This document shows positions 27,814 through 36,019 of a DNA stretch of 52,734 bases, in pieces (positions within the stretch are counted from its first letter, which is position 1; every line of letters starts with the position of its first letter). Made by a program: the position numbers and the translations under genes. Origin of the DNA: a virus; UHGV virus genome UHGV-0124967; one strand, written 5' to 3'. The notes beneath the pieces were generated by a model. The model searched no databases. It saw only the letters and a program-made list of their open reading frames with translations, and was not told the origin of the DNA.

Positions 27814-28095
27814 TTATTCTCCTTCGTAAAGAGTTGCCACCAGTTCGGCATCTGTTAGCGTGTTATAATCTGTATAAAACCCGCAACGCATAAGTGAAGA
27901 AAGGCCAGCCACTTTGCACCACATAGGGGTCGATTCGCTCAAATATTCATTCTCCCTTTTTTCGCTGTATTCCAGTTCATAAAACCGACTATTGTTAACA
28001 CCCTCAATTACACGGCTGTATGTGCCATCAAGCCTACTAACTCCGCGCCATAGTCTGATCACAACCATAATTTCTACTCCGTTTGATGGGGCCAT
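27814..28095 (-). CDS. hypothetical protein, 93 aa (or 84 aa from ATG 28068, which has a GGAG RBS)
   Basis: Track ORF; stop 4 nt before next gene start. Confidence 0.5.
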   Translation of the reverse strand: MAPSNGVEIMVVIRLWRGVSRLDGTYSRVIEGVNNSRFYELEYSEKRENEYLSESTPMWCKVAGLSSLMRCGFYTDYNTLTDAELVATLYEGE

Positions 28096-28107
28096 TCGGC
28101 CCCGTGT

Positions 28108-28248
28108 TTATTCTTCTTCTCCTCCTCTAAATCCTAAGCACTCCGCGTATTCGTCAATGCTTGATGCTTCTTCACCTGGTGCCAATACTTCAAAGTAGCG
28201 GGCGTATAGTTCGAAAACCCAGGCCGGATATTTAGCGTTAGCGTTCAT
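28108..28248 (-). CDS. hypothetical acidic protein, 46 aa
   Basis: ATG 28248 with AAGGGGGAA RBS; fills the gap between two track ORFs. Confidence 0.4.
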   Translation of the reverse strand: MNANAKYPAWVFELYARYFEVLAPGEEASSIDEYAECLGFRGGEEE

Positions 28249-28257
28249 GGTTCCCCC

Positions 28258-28536
28258 TTATGCCATGCGTGCAAATTCAAGTGATTTGCATTCGTAGTCT
28301 TCCTCTGCCTGTTCGATGACTGCCATCATCATTTCGTTTGCGTTGTTGAATGCGTTGCTTTGTGCGAACTTGTCGGCTCCACCTTCTTCTTCGAACTCCG
28401 CGTTGTTTGCTGCAATGTAGTGATATTCGATGTTGTTCAGGTAAGGGCTTGCAGCGTGTGCTGGGTCTTCTTTCTCCACCATCTCCCAAAATGCGTTTAA
28501 GCGAGATTCGACTTCTTTGTTAATCCAGCGTTTCAT
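28258..28536 (-). CDS. hypothetical acidic protein, 92 aa
   Basis: GGAGGG RBS; preceded by 98-bp intergenic region with inverted repeat and CRP-like site. Confidence 0.5.
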   Translation of the reverse strand: MKRWINKEVESRLNAFWEMVEKEDPAHAASPYLNNIEYHYIAANNAEFEEEGGADKFAQSNAFNNANEMMMAVIEQAEEDYECKSLEFARMA

Positions 28537-28617
28537 TTTTCTACCCTCCGCATCGTTCTCTCTTCAGCTTCTTTATAACAAAATGGCACTGCCGAAACAA
28601 TGCCATTTCGTAAACCT

Positions 28618-28633
28618 TGTGATACAGATCACA
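28618..28633. promoter_or_regulatory. CRP-consensus-like palindrome TGTGA-N6-TCACA
   Basis: TGTGATACAGATCACA; adjacent to inverted repeat AAATGGCA...TGCCATTT (28582-28608). Confidence 0.35.
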
Positions 28634-28634
28634 T

Positions 28635-28859
28635 TTACGTTTCTTCCGTAAAAGTAACCTTCATCGCCCCATCCGAACTACGGACAACATAACGACCAAT
28701 ACCGCCTAGCGGCCCTGCATACCATAAGTGACCGTAAGTGTCAGTCACGACGATAAACGGAAATTTAGGAGACAATCCCATCGGTTTTTCAGCCGTATAC
28801 TGTGCGCCTTCTTCAAAACAGCCTAATTTCGATTCGTTACACGTTAAAATCATTTTCAT
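28635..28859 (-). CDS. small protein, paralogue family member A (74 aa)
   Basis: Shares F..G.IY...D..G.LW.F-type pattern with the next three genes. Confidence 0.55.
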   Translation of the reverse strand: MKMILTCNESKLGCFEEGAQYTAEKPMGLSPKFPFIVVTDTYGHLWYAGPLGGIGRYVVRSSDGAMKVTFTEET

Positions 28860-29095
28860 ACCCCTACATACGAAAACGCAGCAAAAGCACCACCACCAGC
28901 ACGCGCATAAACAAGTGCCGTGCCATACCCCATCTTATAAAATCGCCATAACTGACCCTGGTCGTCAGTAATGGCATGAATATATTCCTGATCCTTTGCG
29001 TCAACCAATGCCGCGTCAACCTCGTAGATCTTGCCATTCTTAAAAAACGCGCTGCATCGTGAGTATGTGCACTGGTATCTATGTTTCCGATTCAT
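28856..29095 (-). CDS. small protein, paralogue family member B (79 aa)
   Basis: GTGAGGTG RBS; ATGA overlap with A. Confidence 0.55.
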   Translation of the reverse strand: MNRKHRYQCTYSRCSAFFKNGKIYEVDAALVDAKDQEYIHAITDDQGQLWRFYKMGYGTALVYARAGGGAFAAFSYVGV

Positions 29096-29105
29096 AGCAC
29101 CTCAC

Positions 29106-29363
29106 TTATTCCGGTTTACTGCCTTCGCGGGCGCAAAACTCCGCGATCTCACGGAAATCATGCACTATGCGATAAATATACAAACCAGCGGCGTTATTGA
29201 TATGGCTAACATAAGCGAAATAAACTTTATCATCATCGCCAGTTATCGCCATTGCACCATCACCGCCCGGTGCGCCGTGGAGTTGAACGCCGCAATAGAT
29301 CTTCCCTTCTTCAAAAATATTGCGGTCGCGCGTCTGTAATACCTCAAAATATAAATGTTTCAT
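29106..29363 (-). CDS. small protein, paralogue family member C (85 aa)
   Basis: ATG 29363 with AAAGGGG RBS (track ORF extends to 29399). Confidence 0.55.
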   Translation of the reverse strand: MKHLYFEVLQTRDRNIFEEGKIYCGVQLHGAPGGDGAMAITGDDDKVYFAYVSHINNAAGLYIYRIVHDFREIAEFCAREGSKPE

Positions 29364-29373
29364 TGTTGCCCCT

Positions 29374-29586
29374 TTAATAACGTTCAAAGCTGGCAGCAAA
29401 ACCTACACCGGATATTTCACCGCCTTCATAGCTCGGCCTGAATACCCATATTTCGTCATGATTATCAATCAAGGCAAGGCAATTACTCATTGTGTGTGCT
29501 TCATTGCCATAAACGATGTGAACGTCATAAATACTCCCAATCGTGAAAACACTGTCATTGCTTGAGTATGAGCATTTAACTTGCAT
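29374..29586 (-). CDS. small protein, paralogue family member D (70 aa)
   Basis: Start overlaps upstream stop by 1 nt. Confidence 0.55.
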   Translation of the reverse strand: MQVKCSYSSNDSVFTIGSIYDVHIVYGNEAHTMSNCLALIDNHDEIWVFRPSYEGGEISGVGFAASFERY

Positions 29587-29831
29587 CAGAAAACCCCTTT
29601 ATAATCGACCGTGTATTTTGCTATCAGATTCCAGTCGCAGTAATTAAGCATGTTGCGAGGCTGCCAGCCTTTCATCCCGACCGCCCGCCGCGCAGCGTGA
29701 CGGCGATAATCATCGTTATAGTCAGCTATGCACCACGGCTGGAGAACAAACATATAATTTGCTTCATTAACCAGGATAGCCACCAGCTTTCCTGTTGCCT
29801 TGTCTTTTGCCCTGAAATAATTCACTTTCAT
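29586..29831 (-). CDS. hypothetical protein, 81 aa
   Basis: Track ORF, coupled to neighbours. Confidence 0.5.
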   Translation of the reverse strand: MKVNYFRAKDKATGKLVAILVNEANYMFVLQPWCIADYNDDYRRHAARRAVGMKGWQPRNMLNYCDWNLIAKYTVDYKGVF

Positions 29832-30043
29832 TTTAACACCTCGTCGATCAACATTTCTTCTTCCAGGTTAGCCGGACGTTTACGAAATATCCCGGCAAAA
29901 ACCAGATCTTCGAGTAGGTCTTTACGCTTAAATAACCACTCTTTCATTATCACCCCGTCGTTGCTGCGATATACGACGCCGCTTTTCAGAAAATAAAAAG
30001 TGCGGCTATTGGTCTGTAGGTAGAGATCTTCGTAAACGTCCAT
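29828..30043 (-). CDS. hypothetical protein, 71 aa
   Basis: Track ORF, 4-nt overlap with downstream gene. Confidence 0.5.
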   Translation of the reverse strand: MDVYEDLYLQTNSRTFYFLKSGVVYRSNDGVIMKEWLFKRKDLLEDLVFAGIFRKRPANLEEEMLIDEVLK

Positions 30044-30047
30044 ACCG

Positions 30048-30275
30048 TTAATCCTCTACAATCTCAAGCCCGCGCCCCTTGTCCCCGACGAAATCGCCCA
30101 AGCTGAACGTATACGACCACGCCGGATTGATGTAATGGTCATCAGCACCAGCGGCAATGAGATCAGCACCATTAATCATGCAAGTAATATCATCGCTATG
30201 AACGACATTAACGACCTTACCAACAACCTGTTTCAATGACTGGTATCCGTGATCGTGCAAGAATTTAACTTTCAT
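30048..30275 (-). CDS. hypothetical protein, 75 aa (distant resemblance to the A-D family)
   Basis: Track ORF with ATG. Confidence 0.5.
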   Translation of the reverse strand: MKVKFLHDHGYQSLKQVVGKVVNVVHSDDITCMINGADLIAAGADDHYINPAWSYTFSLGDFVGDKGRGLEIVED

Positions 30276-30505
30276 TCGTCTGCCTCCCAGTGGTCTATGC
30301 TGATTAAAAAGTCCCGGATAGCGTGTCGTTCGTCGCGCGTTGGCTTGCGCTTACGGTAAATCTTAAAGTCAAACCATTCTTTTTCTTGTTCGAAATCCAG
30401 GTTGTAAGCAAGCACCTCAATATATCCACATTCGTGATACTGGTACGCCACGCCAGCACGAACAAAAAAGCGGGTTTTATCCCGCTTGTGTTCATAGATA
30501 CGCAT
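30272..30505 (-). CDS. hypothetical protein, 77 aa
   Basis: Track ORF; ATGA overlap. Confidence 0.5.
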   Translation of the reverse strand: MRIYEHKRDKTRFFVRAGVAYQYHECGYIEVLAYNLDFEQEKEWFDFKIYRKRKPTRDERHAIRDFLISIDHWEADE

Positions 30506-30515
30506 ATTTGCCCCA

Positions 30516-30746
30516 CTATGCAGTCGTGTAACTATCTACCAGCTTTTCATCCTTCATTCTGGCAAGCTGGGAGATATTCATCGTGTAGCCTTCATCAGAG
30601 AAAAGCCACTCCGCAGCCTTGCGACGAAAAGCTATATCATCATGGTTGCGCGTCCATGTAGCGATCACCACGCGCTTTCCATCAGTGGCAAACATGGTTA
30701 ATTCGTTATCAACAACGTCGATAGCCTGCCAGATTTTTAGTTCCAT
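30516..30746 (-). CDS. hypothetical protein, 76 aa
   Basis: Track ORF. Confidence 0.5.
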   Translation of the reverse strand: MELKIWQAIDVVDNELTMFATDGKRVVIATWTRNHDDIAFRRKAAEWLFSDEGYTMNISQLARMKDEKLVDSYTTA

Positions 30747-31102
30747 GATTTATCACCGTAGATCTTGAATAGTTCACACGCTTTCTGATCTTCAAATATA
30801 TTCATATGCAGGTCACGCAGACGGCGCATTGTTCGGAATCGCGGTCTAAACTCCTGGCTCCGTTTAATGTATTTGCCGCCAATTGAATAAATATGCCCGT
30901 ATGAATACCATCTATTCCCTACCCATATTTCATATTCTTTGCCTTCGTAATTGAATTTTATCGTTAGCTCGTCCACTTCAACTATTGACCATTTATCAAT
31001 GATGTCATTAAGCATTTCGTCCCATTCTTTCAGGAATGGATGCTGATAAAAACCGAAAAGCGTATTTGCAGCGTGGCAAAGGTAATCAATGATTATTTGC
31101 AT
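30737..31102 (-). CDS. hypothetical protein, 121 aa
   Basis: Track ORF; Trp/Tyr-rich. Confidence 0.55.
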   Translation of the reverse strand: MQIIIDYLCHAANTLFGFYQHPFLKEWDEMLNDIIDKWSIVEVDELTIKFNYEGKEYEIWVGNRWYSYGHIYSIGGKYIKRSQEFRPRFRTMRRLRDLHMNIFEDQKACELFKIYGDKSWN

Positions 31103-31322
31103 ATTTCCACCTTCTCAATATGTAGTAAATGTTATCGTAAGCTATATTATCCGCATCTTCCTGTGTTATATGTCTGGCATCAAAAAAGAAATCAGCGTCG
31201 TGCCATACATGAAAAAGAAGTCGCGCGAATTATCTGCGGCGGCGCTTACTGCGTGATAGTTCGTTAAATTCTATTAACGCTTTATCATATGCTCTTATCA
31301 TGCGCTTACGGTTACTTTTCAT
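31085..31322 (-). pseudogene. tandem paralogue of 31327..31527 interrupted by an in-frame TAA
   Basis: ATG 31322 gives MKSNRKRMIRAYDKALIEFNELSRSKRRRR, then TAA (31232..31230), then same frame continues FARLLFHVWHDAD...DNIYYI; this matches the upstream gene product on both sides of the stop. Confidence 0.45.
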
Positions 31323-31326
31323 ATTG

Positions 31327-31527
31327 TCACCACATCATATAGTAAACGTTATCATCTGCTAATTCGTCTGCGTCTCTTTGGCAGTCGATTGTCGCATCAT
31401 CTTCGTGCCATTCTTTAGCAAATAAACGCGCCCATTTACGACGCTCACGTTTATTGTGCCGCAGGTCACTAAAAACCATTAAAGCCTTGTCGTAAGCTCT
31501 TACCAGGCGTTTCATTCTACTTTTCAT
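31327..31527 (-). CDS. hypothetical basic protein, 66 aa (intact copy of duplicated gene)
   Basis: MKSRMKRLVRAYDKALMVF...DNVYYMMW. Confidence 0.5.
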   Translation of the reverse strand: MKSRMKRLVRAYDKALMVFSDLRHNKRERRKWARLFAKEWHEDDATIDCQRDADELADDNVYYMMW

Positions 31528-31733
31528 TTTTCACCCTTCCTTAATTCCTTAATTTCAATATTGCGTAACCGGACGTCGCACGGCGTTTCAGATTTACCAG
31601 TAAGCGCCAGCGTCAGGTTTTCAGGTGTCGTGTAAAGAATTATCTCTTTACCAGTGCTAAATTTAATTTCTATGCGGATCTCGTTTTCATCACCGCACAA
31701 TACGCGGCTAATTGACAGGCCAGCTTTTTTCAT
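31524..31733 (-). CDS. hypothetical protein, 69 aa
   Basis: Track ORF; ATGA overlap. Confidence 0.5.
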   Translation of the reverse strand: MKKAGLSISRVLCGDENEIRIEIKFSTGKEIILYTTPENLTLALTGKSETPCDVRLRNIEIKELRKGEK

Positions 31734-31746
31734 TGCTCAACAAACC

Positions 31747-32058
31747 TTAAAATCTGTATTGCCAGTAAATATCACACTTTATTGCGAATACCTTCACCGG
31801 ATCAGGGCCGAATAGTGGATGTTGAATCAACTTGATTTCGTACCCCATGTAAGGCAATACGATAATCCGGTCTTTCTCATCATCCGATGGATAACCCCAT
31901 TTAATGATTAATCTTGTGTACTCCCGCCCCTCCAGGCGTTTACGCCAGTATTCATTGTAAAGCCGGTATTCTTCCACCTTCTTTCCCGCCCGGATGGCGT
32001 GGAAGTATTCACCTTTTAAATTCAAATGTAAGTGTTTATTTGCCATCGCTATGATCAT
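31747..32058 (-). CDS. putative ASCH-domain protein (start 32058 or 32046)
   Basis: HAIRAGKKVEEYRL fits the ASCH GxKxxExR motif. Confidence 0.5.
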   Translation of the reverse strand: MIIAMANKHLHLNLKGEYFHAIRAGKKVEEYRLYNEYWRKRLEGREYTRLIIKWGYPSDDEKDRIIVLPYMGYEIKLIQHPLFGPDPVKVFAIKCDIYWQYRF

Positions 32059-32305
32059 GTAAACAGTCGTTATAGCCTTCGATGTATCCGGTTAATCCTG
32101 TGTTACTTACTGACCAATCAGCCGAACGGCGCTTGATGGCCTTGTCCATAGTCATCTCGTCACCTGGCCCGCCTGGCTCGATGTATTTTCTTAAATCCCT
32201 TACTATCCACGCCCTTAATTGTTGCGTATCACTGCACACACGCGCCGTTAATGTCAGATTATTAACCAGCTTTGCGAATAGATGTTCTTTTAATTTAGGC
32301 TTCAT
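32036..32305 (-). CDS. hypothetical protein, 89 aa
   Basis: GAGGTGA RBS. Confidence 0.5.
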   Translation of the reverse strand: MKPKLKEHLFAKLVNNLTLTARVCSDTQQLRAWIVRDLRKYIEPGGPGDEMTMDKAIKRRSADWSVSNTGLTGYIEGYNDCLHDHSDGK

Positions 32306-32501
32306 CCTTCACCTCGCGACGATAGATTTCTACTGGCTTAACCGGAATAGCGTTAAAATCACCTTCATCCAGTGCGGCAATAAACGTTAGCGCCAACCGT
32401 GCTTCAACACCGCTTAAATACTTGCACCATGCCTCACCGTTATAATCTTTAAAAAGAATAATCACTTTTTCATGTTTATCTCTTGTTGTTTCATTATTCA
32501 C
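32295..32501 (-). CDS. hypothetical protein, 68 aa, non-ATG (GTG) start
   Basis: No in-frame ATG; begins at GTG overlapping the Q stop. Confidence 0.4.
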   Translation of the reverse strand: MNNETTRDKHEKVIILFKDYNGEAWCKYLSGVEARLALTFIAALDEGDFNAIPVKPVEIYRREVKDEA

Positions 32502-33216
32502 CCCGTGTCACTCGTTTAATTTCGTTATCAGCCCGCGCCTCTTCTTTGAACAATTCAGTAATGGCGTCTTCATAGAAAGCACGGTATTTCTTCCACCACG
32601 TTGATCGGCTTACCGGAAATACAAGCTGATTAACCGCACGCCGGACAAGATCTACAGGGAAACGCGAGTACCCGCGCCCGCCGCAATGCTGGCACGTTTT
32701 GAACACTGGCATTTCCGCTGCTTCACTGGCTGCTTTATCCGGTATCTCGCCGCGCCCTTTGCATCGTTTACAATGATTGCGAACTTTTCCATGCCCCTTG
32801 CATTTTTTGCAAAGGTGTTTTTCTCCGTAGTCGTCAAACGTAAATTTATATCCGCCGCAATCCATACAAGTTTTTTCTGTCGCGGCACTCTGGCAGTAAT
32901 CCCGAAACGCGAAAACGGCAACAAGAATAATAAGATCATTGCGTTTGTCCTCGTCCAACTCCATGACGTATTCGTAATCTTTTGCCATAGCTCTTAAACG
33001 CTCTGTAAGCAAAACTACGGCCCTGTGTTTTTCGGCTTGCGATAATTCCATCTTCCCTAAAAAAGCGCTATAACCAAGCTCTACGCGCGATTGCGCCATA
33101 CCTGCTGCGGTTAGTGCATCAGTAGTATTAAGCGAGTCTGGGGACGTGCCCCGGCTTTCATCTGACAAACGCGGTGATTTTGGGAAGTGGAATTTAAGAA
33201 TAGATTCCAAATTCAT
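32494..33216 (-). CDS. Q: late-gene antitermination protein Q (zinc-finger type)
   Basis: 240 aa; four CxxCxGxG repeats; follows RusA and a small gene as in nin regions. Confidence 0.65.
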   Translation of the reverse strand: MNLESILKFHFPKSPRLSDESRGTSPDSLNTTDALTAAGMAQSRVELGYSAFLGKMELSQAEKHRAVVLLTERLRAMAKDYEYVMELDEDKRNDLIILVAVFAFRDYCQSAATEKTCMDCGGYKFTFDDYGEKHLCKKCKGHGKVRNHCKRCKGRGEIPDKAASEAAEMPVFKTCQHCGGRGYSRFPVDLVRRAVNQLVFPVSRSTWWKKYRAFYEDAITELFKEEARADNEIKRVTRGE

Positions 33217-33398
33217 TATTTACCCCCGTAACGTGCAACCAGTCTTTTGCGATCAGATATTGATTGCACTAGCTTTCTTTCAAACTCTTTCAGTGCAAGT
33301 AATTCTCGCATGTGAAAAGCCTGAATTTGTCGGACTGTGGCTAAATCACGCTCGTCGCGCTGAATATCTATTTGCAGATCTTTAATTTCGTTTTTCAT
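33216..33398 (-). CDS. small protein between rusA and Q, 60 aa from first ATG
   Basis: ATG 33398 directly after RusA stop; track ORF extends to GTG 33410. Confidence 0.45.
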   Translation of the reverse strand: MKNEIKDLQIDIQRDERDLATVRQIQAFHMRELLALKEFERKLVQSISDRKRLVARYGGK

Positions 33399-33400
33399 TG

Positions 33401-33802
33401 TTACCACCACATATTAGTCAAGTATTCGTTAATATCCGGTAACAGGTCGCCGCGTTCGCGTACCTTGATAAACAATCGCCCTCTTTTTACCTTCCGGCAG
33501 CGGACAAATTTCATTGCGTCAACCTGGCTATCATCAGCCCAAAAACCGGAATAAGTTATAGCGTCAAATAATGCCTTCCCTACATTGTCAATATCGCGGC
33601 GTCTGTTATCTGGCGGTGCAATATACACCGTTATTGATAGCCTACACTTAAGATTAATTTTCAGATTAAGCAGTTTTATAATGTCTTTTACCTGCTCCCT
33701 GTATTCCTTACCTTCCTTGCTTATATAGTGGAAACCGCGCGAATGCCGGTAATATTTATTGTTCGATGGCGGGTAAGGCAGGCTAAAAGTATATTCATTC
33801 AT
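33401..33802 (-). CDS. rusA: Holliday junction resolvase RusA
   Basis: 133 aa; LPYPPSNNKYYRH...RRRRDIDN...FWADDSQV close to RusA as recalled. Confidence 0.85.
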   Translation of the reverse strand: MNEYTFSLPYPPSNNKYYRHSRGFHYISKEGKEYREQVKDIIKLLNLKINLKCRLSITVYIAPPDNRRRDIDNVGKALFDAITYSGFWADDSQVDAMKFVRCRKVKRGRLFIKVRERGDLLPDINEYLTNMWW

Positions 33803-34404
33803 GCTGCCTTTCTCCTTAAGGCGTCCAATTTAGCCTGATAGACTTTTATGATCTCCTTGCATTCTTCGATCGCCCATTTATGAGTTTCGTTGTTGTTCTC
33901 CAGCGCTTCCACCCTGGCAAGGCCAATTTTCCTAATCAGCGCTGGGCGATATGCTTCTATGTTGCCATCTAATGTCTGGTTGCAGTGCCTGCATTGTTTG
34001 TGGCAATTATCCTCGTTAAAACGAAGGTGCCCGGCGGCGGCAACCGTTCTATAGTGTCCGGCATCTGCTCCGCATTGTTCGTAATAGTAAGTCCCGCATG
34101 ATATGCACGGCTGACCCGCGTCACGTTCGCGGATATAGGCATTAAATACCGCTTGTGCCTGCTTCAACCAATAACTACGCGGATTTAACTGCTTCCGCTT
34201 CCGGTTGCGTTCTTCCCGCTGGCTATCACGGCGTTTCTTCCGTTCCATAGCCTTCATAGCCTTCTCACGGTCGCGGCATAGCTGATCAAACTTCAGCTCT
34301 TCCAGACACTCATCACTGCACCACGTTTGATTGTGATATTTAGGCTCAAAAAAAACGCCGCAGCACTTGCAACGGCGTCTTATTGGTTTTTTAGGGTTCT
34401 GCAT
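33799..34404 (-). CDS. ninG: recombination protein NinG (Rap-like)
   Basis: First ATG 34404 gives MQNPKKPIRRRCKCCGVFFEP...; Cys-rich N-terminus and basic linker (track ORF extends to 34494). Confidence 0.7.
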   Translation of the reverse strand: MQNPKKPIRRRCKCCGVFFEPKYHNQTWCSDECLEELKFDQLCRDREKAMKAMERKKRRDSQREERNRKRKQLNPRSYWLKQAQAVFNAYIRERDAGQPCISCGTYYYEQCGADAGHYRTVAAAGHLRFNEDNCHKQCRHCNQTLDGNIEAYRPALIRKIGLARVEALENNNETHKWAIEECKEIIKVYQAKLDALRRKAA

Positions 34405-34418
34405 AAAAACCACCCCTA

Positions 34419-34595
34419 TTATTTTTGATTCTCTGTTTCGTTCAGCCTTTCGGTGTGTCCGGCCCTTAGCCAATGATCTAAGCATTCGTTGCACTCGTTA
34501 CAGCCTCCTTTCTTTGTGCTGCATACATTGCACATTGCACGCATGACGCTTTCTCGTTCATAGTCGTCATGCCATTGGTAATTATCAAAAGACAT
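34419..34595 (-). CDS. small Cys-rich protein, 58 aa (zinc-ribbon-like)
   Basis: ATG 34595 with AGGGAGGGA RBS; CNVCSTKKGGCNECNEC. Confidence 0.4.
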   Translation of the reverse strand: MSFDNYQWHDDYERESVMRAMCNVCSTKKGGCNECNECLDHWLRAGHTERLNETENQK

Positions 34596-34754
34596 AATGC
34601 TCCCTCCCTTTAAGGTGATTTCTACGCATTTCAGCGCTGCCGGATTTTTAAAGAGCATTTCGTTTGCTTGAAGTATACAAAATGGATACACGTAAACAAG
34701 ACGAAAAGCGCCATTATGTGACCTGTATCACACAATGACGCCATTTTGTAAACT

Positions 34755-35516
34755 TCAGTCCGGTAAAACGCGGTTGAGCGTAGTACGATTGATGGCCCGG
34801 TCGTTAGCCAGGAATACAGCACGGGCAAAGCCACGCGGCGTTAGTGAGCGGATCATCTTAGTGCGTTTCGACTTTCCTCCTAACTTAGCGTGCTGCTTAC
34901 TGTCTTCCCATTCATCAGGCATTGGCACAGGCAGGAATAGCGGCTGATTAAATCCATTCCCGCACCAGATACAAGTTTTCTTCGTGTATGCGTCGCGGTC
35001 GGCGATGTATTCCGGGAAGGCAGGATGTTTGTCATCTTCAGGCAGGTAGCCACCGTAAGCGCACGGGTTGAAGATAAAATCCGGCTTACGCCATAACGTT
35101 GACAGCGCACCTACCGGATTTTCCACCATCCACGGGACGTGGTACATATCAGCAAGCGTTTCTACCAGTTTTGCGTTGTATGCCGCCTTCTGCTGGAAGT
35201 AAGGTTCTTTTTTCCGCTTATCAGCAAACCAGCGAGCGCCGGACACCGCAAGATCGTCGCACGGAGGAAAGCCCAGGATAATGTCAGGATCTGGATAAAC
35301 AGACAATTCAGGGGAGAACATTACCAGGAAATGGCTGTCAATCCATACGTTGATATACTCAATGTTCGGATGAATGATTTTTGACGCCTTCATAATCGCC
35401 GTGATTAGCGCCATCATAGTTGAAGCAATAGCATTTATAACCAGCGTCGGCCCAATCTTTAACGGCGTATCCGCTGCCGTCGTACAGCGACCACACCACC
35501 CAATTTCTAAGTCCAC
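34755..35516 (-). CDS. DNA cytosine-5 methyltransferase-like protein (short, atypical N-terminus)
   Basis: PDPDIILGFPPCDDLAVSG resembles motif IV and WMVENPVG motif VI; no clean motif I, so may be truncated or frameshifted. Confidence 0.5.
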   Translation of the reverse strand: MDLEIGWCGRCTTAADTPLKIGPTLVINAIASTMMALITAIMKASKIIHPNIEYINVWIDSHFLVMFSPELSVYPDPDIILGFPPCDDLAVSGARWFADKRKKEPYFQQKAAYNAKLVETLADMYHVPWMVENPVGALSTLWRKPDFIFNPCAYGGYLPEDDKHPAFPEYIADRDAYTKKTCIWCGNGFNQPLFLPVPMPDEWEDSKQHAKLGGKSKRTKMIRSLTPRGFARAVFLANDRAINRTTLNRVLPD

Positions 35517-36019
35517 TCTTTCCTACCCTCGAACGTAAAGTAGCGGCGCATGATGATAGTGATCACCGTTACCGCCGCCATTTTTGAGATGAATTGCATA
35601 GCTGATATTTCCGGCATGAATGCCATAAACGATAGCGTTGGGAAAATTAACGCATCGCCAATGGCGGACGCTATATTTGCAGGCCAGCGTTTAGAATCGA
35701 AATCACCAGGTAAAACCCGGTAAACGCCGCCAGAAATAAGCGCACCGGAAACAACCGCGACGAATGACGCGATCGCCACCATTCCGGCGTCGTAATTTAT
35801 CAGCACCGTGATTGCGCCAGCGGCGGCGCATGTTGTAGCCGACCATTTAAGGCCGCCGTCATATAACAGAAAATCACGAATCATCATATTGACACACACT
35901 GCGGCTACCGTGGTGATCGGAATTACCCACGGGCCACAGTGGTTAACAATAAGATTGATGATCACGAAAACGGCGACATAAACGCAGGCTAATAACCTGT
36001 CAATTGTCACCCTTTTCAT
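35507..36019 (-). CDS. multi-pass inner membrane protein, 170 aa
   Basis: ATG 36019 with AAGAGGT RBS (track ORF starts at TTG 36061); several hydrophobic helices. Confidence 0.5.
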   Translation of the reverse strand: MKRVTIDRLLACVYVAVFVIINLIVNHCGPWVIPITTVAAVCVNMMIRDFLLYDGGLKWSATTCAAAGAITVLINYDAGMVAIASFVAVVSGALISGGVYRVLPGDFDSKRWPANIASAIGDALIFPTLSFMAFMPEISAMQFISKMAAVTVITIIMRRYFTFEGRKEWT

